The notes under the pieces are model-generated. The model worked only from the letters and a program-made list of their open reading frames with translations. It made no database searches and was not told where the DNA came from. Position numbers and translations under genes: made by a program. A stretch of 61,590 bases of DNA from Chthonomonadaceae bacterium (GTDB lineage Bacteria; Armatimonadota; Chthonomonadetes; Chthonomonadales; Chthonomonadaceae): positions 1 to 61,590 of the forward strand of contig DASRGZ010000182.1 in the NCBI GenBank assembly GCA_035650735.1. The letters run 5' to 3'. The first letter of the stretch is position 1; each line of letters opens with the position of its first letter. This document shows, in pieces, positions 29,658 to 38,571 of this stretch.

Positions 29658-30344
29658 TTACATAGAGCTGACTTGGGGCACGCTGAGCTGGGACAGGTAG
29701 GCGCCCGGCTTGTTGTTGGCCTCCCACTCCTGGAGAAACTGCCTCTGGGAGCCTTTTAGCCGCGTGCGTATGAACCCCAGATAAGCGGTGCGGAAATTGT
29801 TGACCTCTTTCATGATCCGCTTATCGTCCCACCCATCGAAGGAGTGACGCACCAGCGCGCACATGACCCCGGCTCTTCCCTCGCCGCCGCGGCAATGTAC
29901 CAGGACGGGCCAGTTGTCCGGGTTGCTGACGATCCGCAGGAACTCCTTCGCTTGCTCTACAGTCGGGGCTGTCTCGTCCTTGATCGGGATATAAAAGTAT
30001 TGCACTCCCGCAGGAATCTGGTCCTTATCCTGGGGGTATTCCTCCCGCAGGTTGATGATCGTCTTCACGTGCATCTCGGCCAGCTTTTGGTAGCCCCGCT
30101 GATTGGGCTGGCCGGACCGCCATAGACACGCATTCAGTTTGCCGAAGTTGGGAAGCCCCGGCTCGACCAGGCGGCGCGCAGGCTCTTGCGTGACGGGCCA
30201 CTCATTTACCTGGCGGGTGACGGCCGCGCTTGTCGCGGCAGGCGCCGCCTGACAATAGCCGACGTTGACGAGTGCGCGCGAGCTGCCCGCGCTGATGGCC
30301 GCTAAAGCGGCGATGAAGGCGATGTATCCTGTCTTTTTAGCCAT
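29658..30344 (-). CDS. Exported PTP/dual-specificity (CX5R) phosphatase, Siw14/Y_phosphatase2-like
   Basis: Signal peptide; 'PNF', 'RSGQP', 'KTIINLR', P-loop 'HCRGGEGRAG'; GAGGAG RBS. Confidence 0.85.
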   Translation of the reverse strand: MAKKTGYIAFIAALAAISAGSSRALVNVGYCQAAPAATSAAVTRQVNEWPVTQEPARRLVEPGLPNFGKLNACLWRSGQPNQRGYQKLAEMHVKTIINLREEYPQDKDQIPAGVQYFYIPIKDETAPTVEQAKEFLRIVSNPDNWPVLVHCRGGEGRAGVMCALVRHSFDGWDDKRIMKEVNNFRTAYLGFIRTRLKGSQRQFLQEWEANNKPGAYLSQLSVPQVSSM

Positions 30345-30471
30345 ACTGTCTCCTCTTAGCTGGCACGACATGAAAGCGTGGCTGCCTCGCGAAGGCTCCC
30401 TCTTACAACCACACTTTCGTTGGACGCTAGTATCCTCCTGCTAACCGCTGGATCTCCTAGACTCACTATCC

Positions 30472-30500
30472 ATTCTACAACAGGACGCGCTGGAATGCAA
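30472..30500 (-). promoter_or_regulatory. Putative sigma70 promoter for the phosphatase gene
   Basis: TTGCAT-17 bp-TAGAAT, flanked by TGCTAACCG(C/A)TGG direct repeats at 30439 and 30514. Confidence 0.5.
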
Positions 30501-30578
30501 AAGTCGGCAGGCGTGCTAACCGATGGGTCATTTTAATCTAATGACGTATTTCGCGTGCTTAACGTTAGCCAACGGCGC

Positions 30579-31817
30579 TCAGGCGGTCAAACTTTCCTCG
30601 TCGCCGCCCGTTTGCGTATGGTCTGGCGCCCCATCTTTTGCGTTGGGCCGATCCACCGACACGGTGACCGCATAGAGGGGGGAAGAGAGATTCAGAACCT
30701 CCTGAGCCGGCTGCGCGGCGGGCGCGCGAGAGAGCGCCACTTCCGCGGCAGCAGAATCCAGCATGGTGCGTAGTTGGCAGAAGAACTGCCGCTCCTGCAG
30801 CCTGAGCCACTGTTCCAGCAGGCGCTGATACTGCCGATCCCGCTCATCCCGTATCTGCTGGCAGAGCGCCAGAACCCCTTGACAGGCCTCGAAGTCCACA
30901 TGGTGAACGCCCACGACAGGCTCCCCGTCATGTTCTTGCCCATGGCCGCCCTCCAGCAGAGAGACCAGATGGACAGTCAGCTGGGGAACCAGCACATCCG
31001 CGTCGTGGATCTGGCCGAGATGCTCCTGGAGGGATTTGACCTCGTCAATGGCCTCAGAGACCGACGGCCCATGGGAGGTATACTGCTGGTACGGCTCCTC
31101 GAATATCTCCAGGGTGTAGCGCAGGTGCTTTGCGGCAATGCGCATCTGGTGAAGCTGATAGGCGTTGTCGGCGTCGGCGATATAGCGCTGATACTCCATC
31201 AAATCCTCCAGGCGCCTGCCGATCATCTGGGCCGCATGGACAAAGAAAGGGGCCTGCCGATCCCGGTTTCGGGCTTTTTTGGCTTTGGCCGATTTCTGTT
31301 TGCCCTGCTTCGCGGCGCCGCGACCGTCCGTGCTGGCCTGCGCCGAAAGAATCGCCTCCAATCGGGGAACCGGGTCATAGCGCTCCATATGACGGACCGC
31401 CTTGACAACCGTCTCCTGCATCTTTTCCCTCTGGCGGCCCAACCGCTCAATAAACGCCTCCACGCCGGCGCGTTGGGAGACGGGCAGCGCCTCCACGCGC
31501 CCGCGCAGCCTCCCCAGCATCACGTCCAGGTCGCGCGCCTCTCCAAGGGCGCGCATCACCGCTTTGACCTCGCGCCGCAGTTCCGCCAGCGCTTTGCCAT
31601 CGGCAAGGCTTTCGAGCAGTTCCAGGGCAGCCCGCGTTCGCCGGGACCAGACGCGCATCTGATGGATCGGCTCTGTCTCCTCGTTGGCCTCAACGCCCTG
31701 GCTATGCGAGAGCATGCGGGTTAAACGCTTGGTCGTGGTCTGGCCGAGATACTCCCATAAGGGGGGCGGCTCTAGGCTCTGGAGGCTACTATTGGCCTCG
31801 CGCTGTGATAGCTGCAT
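30579..31817 (-). CDS. CHAD domain (polyphosphate-binding) protein
   Basis: 'IHQMRVWSRR.RAAL', 'LGEARDLDV', 'LHQMRIAAKHLRY.LE', 'LQEHLG.IHD.DV'. Confidence 0.9.
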   Translation of the reverse strand: MQLSQREANSSLQSLEPPPLWEYLGQTTTKRLTRMLSHSQGVEANEETEPIHQMRVWSRRTRAALELLESLADGKALAELRREVKAVMRALGEARDLDVMLGRLRGRVEALPVSQRAGVEAFIERLGRQREKMQETVVKAVRHMERYDPVPRLEAILSAQASTDGRGAAKQGKQKSAKAKKARNRDRQAPFFVHAAQMIGRRLEDLMEYQRYIADADNAYQLHQMRIAAKHLRYTLEIFEEPYQQYTSHGPSVSEAIDEVKSLQEHLGQIHDADVLVPQLTVHLVSLLEGGHGQEHDGEPVVGVHHVDFEACQGVLALCQQIRDERDRQYQRLLEQWLRLQERQFFCQLRTMLDSAAAEVALSRAPAAQPAQEVLNLSSPLYAVTVSVDRPNAKDGAPDHTQTGGDEESLTA

Positions 31818-33711
31818 CGTGATCGGGCTCCTCTTCCGAGAACAACTGCAAAAATTCGGTCTGGCTATAGGTATAGTGCCAGTACCGGAAATAGGTTTCC
31901 TTGGGGATCACCAGAACGCGCACGTCGCGCTCGGCAACCACGGTCGCATTGCGGTCCTCCCCGCGAATGACGCCCGTATTCCCAAGCGGCACCCAGGCCC
32001 ACACCGTAAACGTATCGTATCCGCCCAACGGCGTTCCTTTGAGTCCTTCCCCCAGGGGCACATAGACAAAACCGGCCGGCGTTCCCGTTCCCGCTTCGAT
32101 CAGAACTTCGCCCGCCTGGAGCTGAGTACACTTTACGTCCAGGAACGCTTGCATGGGATCGATGTGATCCGTTTTACAGCCCATGCGCCGCATGTTCTGC
32201 AAAAGTTCCTGACGAGCCGCCATGTCCCAATCAACCTCCTCGGCCCGCAGGTAACGTGCGCGCTCATAAGCGCTCACGCTGCGCAGGGAAGGAACCGTCC
32301 GTATGTAGCCAGCCAGGGAGGGGTTGATCCGCTCGATTTCCCGGCAAACCAGGTCGGCAAATTCGAGATTATCATCCACGCCTTCCAGGAGTATCTTCAT
32401 TTCCCGGGCCGGCTTGGTATAGCCGATCAGTTGCCCCCCTGCTGCCAGTGGCCGGTAGAAACTCTGAATAACATCCATCTGGACATCACAGACGAGCACG
32501 GCGGCATTGTGGGCCGCGCGCGCAACGGTCTCCGGGTCGGGAAACGCCCCGCGATGAAAGGCGAAGCGCAGGTCGCCCTCTGGGGTCAGCTCGCTGCTGG
32601 CCATATTGGCCTCGCCGCCGCCCACCACGTTATCTAGCTCCAGAAGGTAGGCCCTGCCGTCGTCGGCGCGCAGCGCATAGATCGGATTGGCGGTCGTCCG
32701 ATCCACGAAGATCTCATACTGGCCCGAAGTTTTGAGCACCGTTCCGCGCTGGCGCAGGGCGTCCGCGCAGCGCAAAGCCCGCAGCGTGTCAATCACATCG
32801 CTGACCAGGGAGCGCACCGGCTCCTGGTCGGAAACCAGCCATTGGTAGGCATCGCGCTCGAAATCCAGCCCAAAGTCCGTGTAGTACTGCCGGGCCACCA
32901 GATTAGGATTGGCGGCGGCGGTTCCACACCTATCCAGTTCTTTCTCGGCGGCCCGCACGGCCTCCTGCAGCCGCAGGATCGTCTCCGGGCCCTTCTGAGC
33001 CTGCATTGCCTCCCGCAGCCTTTGGCGGGCCCTCTCTGCACGCTGCTTGCGGAACAGCCAGTCCAGATTCGTGCCCAGACAGAGCAGCATCACCTGCCGC
33101 AGCGCCTGGACGTCATTGAGAATTTCGACCGGCACCTTACTTTTATTATGGCAATTTGCCATCGCCAGCATCTCCCGCAGCACGACTTTGGGGTCCTGCG
33201 GGATCACCCCAAGATTGGCCAGGTTCGTAAGGCGCCAGGCGATATTGCCGCAATTTTCATTCCAGATAATATCTACCCAGCCATCGAAGCGCGAACAGAA
33301 AACTTCCTGGCTGGCAAATTCCGGGTGCATCTTGCGGCCGAAATAGCTGAATTGCCGCATGCCTATATCGTGAATATAGGCCATGATCACCCCATAACCT
33401 TTCATAAATCGAAGGCGATTGGAGCTGCGGCCGGGAATCAGCACGCCGTTGGCGATGTCCAGCACATGGATAATTTGCTTGGCGACATCGCGGGCGTGCA
33501 CCACGCCGTGATCCGAATAGAGACCGACGTGCTTTGCAGGATCTTTGAGAAATTCCGGGTCGCTTAGCAGGCAGCTTAACCGGGCCTTTTCGTTGATCGC
33601 CATATAATACTGCCGCTCGATCCCGCGGCGGATCTCCTCCGGCAAGTAGGCGGCCACTTGAACAGCCAGGTCCAGGTCATCAAACTGTGCAGGGTTGGTC
33701 GTTCTCATCAT
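31789..33711 (-). CDS. HD-superfamily protein with C-terminal cNMP-binding-like domain
   Basis: 'DHGVVH', 'IHDIG', 'LRCADAL'; C-terminal 'GEVLIEAG...GNTGVI....RNATVVA'. Confidence 0.7.
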   Translation of the reverse strand: MMRTTNPAQFDDLDLAVQVAAYLPEEIRRGIERQYYMAINEKARLSCLLSDPEFLKDPAKHVGLYSDHGVVHARDVAKQIIHVLDIANGVLIPGRSSNRLRFMKGYGVIMAYIHDIGMRQFSYFGRKMHPEFASQEVFCSRFDGWVDIIWNENCGNIAWRLTNLANLGVIPQDPKVVLREMLAMANCHNKSKVPVEILNDVQALRQVMLLCLGTNLDWLFRKQRAERARQRLREAMQAQKGPETILRLQEAVRAAEKELDRCGTAAANPNLVARQYYTDFGLDFERDAYQWLVSDQEPVRSLVSDVIDTLRALRCADALRQRGTVLKTSGQYEIFVDRTTANPIYALRADDGRAYLLELDNVVGGGEANMASSELTPEGDLRFAFHRGAFPDPETVARAAHNAAVLVCDVQMDVIQSFYRPLAAGGQLIGYTKPAREMKILLEGVDDNLEFADLVCREIERINPSLAGYIRTVPSLRSVSAYERARYLRAEEVDWDMAARQELLQNMRRMGCKTDHIDPMQAFLDVKCTQLQAGEVLIEAGTGTPAGFVYVPLGEGLKGTPLGGYDTFTVWAWVPLGNTGVIRGEDRNATVVAERDVRVLVIPKETYFRYWHYTYSQTEFLQLFSEEEPDHDAAITARGQ

Positions 33712-33712
33712 T

Positions 33713-33787
33713 TTCTGAGGTTTCTAAGGGTTCTCAAGGTTCTGAGGGTTCTGAGGTAGTTAGTCCCCTTAGCACCCTTAGCACCCT
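33713..33787. repeat. 9-bp tandem repeats in inverted arrangement
   Basis: Five TTCTGAGG(G/T)-like units followed by CCCTTAGCA units. Confidence 0.65.
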
Positions 33788-33809
33788 CCTTTAGGGGTGG
33801 GCGGCGCTC

Positions 33810-36809
33810 TTAGCCCTCTGCCCTGGAGACGGCGGTGGCCAGCGCCACCTGGCGGGCGGCGACCGTCTCCGAGAAGATCTGGCGAATGGGAGGCTCGCGC
33901 TGCAGCAGGGCCGAGAAGTCTTCCTTCGAGAGGCTATAGAGCAGAGTGGGCTTTGCGGCGCGCACGGTCGCGCTGCGCGGCGCATCCCCCAACAGGCCCA
34001 TCTCCCCGAAAAAGTCCCCTTCGGCGAGTGTGTTGATGCGCCGTCCCCCCTGCCTGTCTCGCAGGAGAATATCCACTTGGCCTTGCAGAATCAGGTAGAG
34101 TTTGTCGCTGGGATCGCCCTGGCGGACGATGTCGGCGCCGGCCGCGTGCCATTCCAGCTTCAGTTTTTGCGCCACCATATCCAGCGCCTCCTCCGTCAGG
34201 TTCCTGAAGAGCGGGACGGCGCGCAGGTACGAGGCGTGCGGCCGAGGTATGGGCTGGCCGGCGCTGCCGGCATGGCTGTTCTGTTCCTCGTAGAGCTTCC
34301 GATACAGGCCCCCCAGCGCGAGCAGATCCGCATGCCGACCCTGCTCCACGACCTGCCCGTTGTCCAGAACAAAAATCCAATCGGCGCCAGCAGCCCACGA
34401 AAGCCGGTGGGTGACGCTGATAGTCGTCTGGCCCTTGGCCACCTCCATCAGGGTTTCCTGAATTTCGGCTTCGGTTTTGGCGTCGAGGGCGCTGGTGGCC
34501 TCGTCCAGGATCAGGAGGCGCGGGGCGCGCAGGATAGCCCGGGCGATTCCGATGCGCTGACGCTGTCCGCCGCTCATGCGCGCGCCGGTTACGACCGTAT
34601 CATAGCCGGCAGGAAGGGAGTTAATAAAGCTCTCCAGACGGGCGGCCCTGGCGGCGGCGGCGATTTCGGCGTCGGTGGCGTCGAGCCGGCCGAGGGCGAT
34701 GTTCTCGCGCACCGTCGTATCGAAGATGAAGGTGTCCTGAAAGACGTATCCGATCTGGCTGCGCAGGGAGGCCAGCGTCCCATCGCGCAGATCGTGCCCA
34801 TCCAGAAGCACACGCCCCTGATCCGGGTCCCAGAAGCGCATGATCAGAGAGAGAATGGTGGTTTTGCCGCAGCCGGAGGGGCCGACAAAGGCCACATGGC
34901 TTCCGGCGGGAATGGTCAGGTTGAGATCGCGCAGGATAGTGCGCCTGCCGTTATAGCTGAACGTGATGTTCTCCAGCCGAATGTCGCGTGAGAGCGGAGG
35001 CAGCGGCTTCGCATCCGGTTTCTCTGCGATGGCCACGGGCTCGTGCAGCAGCTCCGTGACCCGCTCCATGGCCCCGGAAGCCTGCTGGATGGTCTGGCCC
35101 ATGCCGGAGAGCGAGGCGATGGGGCCAAACAGCGATTTGATGATCGGCATCAGGGCGACCAGAGAGGCAATGCCTATATCCGTTTTGGCGCCGACGCCGA
35201 AGATGATCAACTGCGCGAGCGCTGTGGCCGTATCCTCGTTCAAGTCCAGCAGGGCGCTCAGCCGGGCCAGGCGCATGGCCGCCTTGCGCTGCGCCTTCAG
35301 ACGGGCACGATAGGCCGCGATGGACATTTTCTCCAGGCAGAAGGCTTTGATCACCGCGTGCGCGCTCAGGTTCTCCTGCAGCAGGTTGAGGGTTTCGGCG
35401 GTGCGCTTGCTCTGCTCGCGGCTGGCCTGCTTATTGCGGGTGCGCAGCGCCACAAAGCTGATGGCAAACAGGGGCAGCACCGCCAGCACCAGCCCGATCA
35501 GCCACCACTTGCCCCAGCCGATAGAGAACAGGGCGAAGACCGCCCCGAGCAGGGTAAAGATCTGGACGAGGCCCTTGTCTGTAAATTGCGAGAGCACCTG
35601 CTTGATATTTTTGATATCGTCCGAGTTGCGCGCAACCAGATCGCCGATTTTGGCTTCTCCATAATAGCTGTGGGATAGCCGCTGTAGGTGCGCGAACATG
35701 CGCTCCTGAAGATTATTGAGAACATGCAGATTCAGCCAGTTGACCGCATGGGCGCGCCGCAGCGTAACGCCGCCGTTAAGGAGATAGAGGACGGCCAGCG
35801 TGACCAGGAAATAGAGCAGGAAATGCGACGAGCCGATGGACTGGATGGGGACGTGATAACCCAGGAGCTTGATTTCGGATTTATCGGATTTATGCTGAAG
35901 GAAGTTAACAAAAACCTGGAGCGCGGCGGGCTCCACAAACTTAAAAGCGGCCACCCAGAGCAAGTAGACGAGGATCTCCGCCTGCCGCCATCGGTAGGGC
36001 TTGAGCTCCTGGAGCAGAGCGGGGAGCAGGGAGCGCAGGGCACCCTCTCCGCCCGCGCGGCGGCGCAGCCCTGCGAGCCAAGCCTCCTCCAGAACGGCGA
36101 GCGGACGGTGATAGACGGCGCGGGCGGCCATATCACGCCGCACGGGATCGTATCGGGCGAGGAACTTGCGCAGCTTGGCGGGGCCGAAGCTGGAGAGCAG
36201 GAACGCGACAAAGGAGGTCGCCAGCGAATCGAGGTCATCAGGCGCTTGCGTGCCGCCCTCCGCCGCCGCGCCTCCTTCCCACACAGGGCGTCGTCTGTTT
36301 TGGGCGATGAGGGAGATAGGTCCCTCTTCCATCTCCGCGTGGACCCACTGCTCCACTTCATAGAGGGACGGGCCGGTTTTGGTGCGCGCGGCGATCACCC
36401 CGGCAAGGCCGTCCACAATCACCGTAGCCTGAGCGGCATTCTCCCCGAACCACCGGCGTATGAGCAGGCGCGTGAGTGGCAGAGCCAGCGGGGTGCCCGG
36501 CGCATCCGGCTGCATCACGCATACGATGGCCTCCGCCCCCGCCTCCGGTTCCATGGAGTCAGGGGATGGCATCACATGGACGGCATCCATAAGATACACG
36601 CGTATCGGGCCGGCGGCGCTCTCCTCCGCCGGCGTCAGCAGCCTTTTGAGCGCTTCGATCACACGCTCGGCCTTACGCAACTCTACCTGAACATGCTGGG
36701 CCGCATACGAGTCCTGCGGCGCATAGAGGGTCACTTCCTTACCAGGGCACGTAAACCACGCTGGCGCCTGCTCCTCTGTCCAGAGTAGAGCCCCATCCTG
36801 TGCTATCAT
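33810..36809 (-). CDS. Fused ABC exporter (TMD+NBD) with N-terminal peptidase-like domain and C-terminal cNMP-binding domain
   Basis: 'GPSGCGKTT', 'SGGQRQRI', 'LILDEATSALD', 'THRL'; C-terminal 'GDFFGEMGLL...PRSATVRA'. Confidence 0.88.
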   Translation of the reverse strand: MIAQDGALLWTEEQAPAWFTCPGKEVTLYAPQDSYAAQHVQVELRKAERVIEALKRLLTPAEESAAGPIRVYLMDAVHVMPSPDSMEPEAGAEAIVCVMQPDAPGTPLALPLTRLLIRRWFGENAAQATVIVDGLAGVIAARTKTGPSLYEVEQWVHAEMEEGPISLIAQNRRRPVWEGGAAAEGGTQAPDDLDSLATSFVAFLLSSFGPAKLRKFLARYDPVRRDMAARAVYHRPLAVLEEAWLAGLRRRAGGEGALRSLLPALLQELKPYRWRQAEILVYLLWVAAFKFVEPAALQVFVNFLQHKSDKSEIKLLGYHVPIQSIGSSHFLLYFLVTLAVLYLLNGGVTLRRAHAVNWLNLHVLNNLQERMFAHLQRLSHSYYGEAKIGDLVARNSDDIKNIKQVLSQFTDKGLVQIFTLLGAVFALFSIGWGKWWLIGLVLAVLPLFAISFVALRTRNKQASREQSKRTAETLNLLQENLSAHAVIKAFCLEKMSIAAYRARLKAQRKAAMRLARLSALLDLNEDTATALAQLIIFGVGAKTDIGIASLVALMPIIKSLFGPIASLSGMGQTIQQASGAMERVTELLHEPVAIAEKPDAKPLPPLSRDIRLENITFSYNGRRTILRDLNLTIPAGSHVAFVGPSGCGKTTILSLIMRFWDPDQGRVLLDGHDLRDGTLASLRSQIGYVFQDTFIFDTTVRENIALGRLDATDAEIAAAARAARLESFINSLPAGYDTVVTGARMSGGQRQRIGIARAILRAPRLLILDEATSALDAKTEAEIQETLMEVAKGQTTISVTHRLSWAAGADWIFVLDNGQVVEQGRHADLLALGGLYRKLYEEQNSHAGSAGQPIPRPHASYLRAVPLFRNLTEEALDMVAQKLKLEWHAAGADIVRQGDPSDKLYLILQGQVDILLRDRQGGRRINTLAEGDFFGEMGLLGDAPRSATVRAAKPTLLYSLSKEDFSALLQREPPIRQIFSETVAARQVALATAVSRAEG

Positions 36810-36965
36810 CCGTTATCGTCTCCCGGCTCTGTCCGTTGCCAGCCTTTCCTGCCGGAGGTTGCGCTGCCCTGATCCTTCCCTACCCGAATCTCTGGCTGAC
36901 CTTACAACGCGCCCGCTTGCCGCCCGCGATCCGCACGACAAGCGGGCCTTCCAGAACGCTCATGC

Positions 36966-37559
36966 TTAGAAAATGCGCAAGCTTATACTGAACCCGTCGG
37001 TATTGATTCCGGCGATGTCGGGGCTGATACGATAGCTGGCGCTCAAGCTAAATATCTTGCTGATGGGATATTGTACCCCGATGGCCATGCTGGGGATAAT
37101 GTGGGTCGTCTTGATGTTCAGGTCCTCCGAGCGAATATGGCCGGCAAAGACTCCTGCGGAAAAGAAGGGGCTGACTCGCCCCATATGACGCGGCGTGGAG
37201 ATACGGAAACTGGCGCCTATCAAACTGAACTCGTTGCCACCCATGAAAGGAAAGAAGTGGTCGCTGGCCCCCATGGTTTCCACGCCGCCGGTTAAGGTCC
37301 AGCGGCCATAATTTTTGGGGCGCACATAAAATGTGCCTGCGCTATAGAACTTGGGATTGCCGAGCGCATGCTGGGCGGAACCGGCGGTGAAAAAGTACCC
37401 TCCCGTATTCAGGAAGCCGAACGCTTCATGCAGCACAACGTCTCCTGCGGCATGCTGCGCTTGCGCCCTGGTGGGGGTCACGAGAGCGGCACAGGCCAAT
37501 CCGATGGCGAGGCCGAGGGTCGCTATTGGGCGCGACAGGAGCTGAGTTTGTGTAGGCAA
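36966..37559 (-). CDS. Small outer-membrane beta-barrel-like protein
   Basis: Signal peptide (AQA), alternating aromatic/hydrophobic strands, terminal Phe; TTG start after AAGGAGG. Confidence 0.65.
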   Translation of the reverse strand: MPTQTQLLSRPIATLGLAIGLACAALVTPTRAQAQHAAGDVVLHEAFGFLNTGGYFFTAGSAQHALGNPKFYSAGTFYVRPKNYGRWTLTGGVETMGASDHFFPFMGGNEFSLIGASFRISTPRHMGRVSPFFSAGVFAGHIRSEDLNIKTTHIIPSMAIGVQYPISKIFSLSASYRISPDIAGINTDGFSISLRIF

Positions 37560-37849
37560 GGTCTGTCCTCCTTTGTGTGGGTAGTGCGGTAAAAGGCCGG
37601 GTTCTCTAAATTCCCTGAGCCTCCGTTCCTGACTTCACTTTCGGGACTTACCAGACTAGTCGAGATACACAAGGCAGCCATCTCTATTGGCGCAGCCGGC
37701 TAAGGAAGAGGGGCTTCTCCGTTCCCTCTGATTTCCCTGGTTCCTGGCCTGAAACTAAACTCCTATTAATTACAGTGGGTATCTCTCCGCGCGTGAGAGA
37801 GAGAACGACAGGGCCCTGGCTAGAGATGCCAGTAATATTCATTCTTTTA

Positions 37850-37878
37850 ATCATCGCATATATCCTGCTGAATGTCAA
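37850..37878 (-). promoter_or_regulatory. Putative sigma70 promoter ~290 nt upstream of the beta-barrel gene
   Basis: TTGACA-17 bp-(TGn)GATGAT. Confidence 0.45.
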
Positions 37879-38113
37879 GCCAGCTTTACTCACCTGAACG
37901 CCGATCATGCTTTCCTGCTTTCCGCAAGGTTGGGCGGCTTCAAGCGCGAAAGAGCCAATTTTACGGAAAGATCCACCCACAATCTTAACGCCCTCAGCGC
38001 TTCGGCAGCCGGATCTGTACATCCCAAAGTGACAAACTCTGCTCCTGCCGGTATATCCTTCATAGCTTCGACCGATCTTTAGTGGCTCCTCCAGTAAGTC
38101 TGCCGTCCTTTGT

Positions 38114-38361
38114 GCGGCAGGCTAAACCCTGCCGCTGTGGGGCCTACGGCCTGCTGCCCACGTAGGTGGGCAGAGAAGAGGCAACGTGCGTGGCCCTGAG
38201 CCTTCAGGAGCAGGCTGCGGCCCGCTGCCCACCTACGTGGGCAGAGGTCATGCTGACTGCCAGGGTCGCGCCTGCCACGGTTGGGCCCCGCTAGGGTCGG
38301 CACTACAACGGTTCGCGCCTCCGCCTAGCGACACCTGGCCACAGCCCTCCGCCTTGCGACA
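38114..38361. repeat. Composite REP-like cluster
   Basis: GCGGCAGGCTAAACCCTGCCGC, TGCCCACGTAGGTGGGCA palindromes and ACTGCCAGGGTCG units shared with the 6014, 26042 and 51188 clusters. Confidence 0.75.
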
Positions 38362-38571
38362 CCTGTGTGGGCGGGAAAAGGCGCTTCTACGAAAGGGCAG
38401 TCAAGGGGCCGGAGGCGCCATTTAGGGCCAGGCGGAAACCGCTTCCGAGATGAATCCTGAGAAACGCTCACTTTCCATGAGAATGCCGTATCTGTTTTGC
38501 AATAGCGCTTACCCGGCGCAGGATGGCGGCGCGGACAGGCCGTTTCGGATAGATACAGGAGCGGCCCGGCC

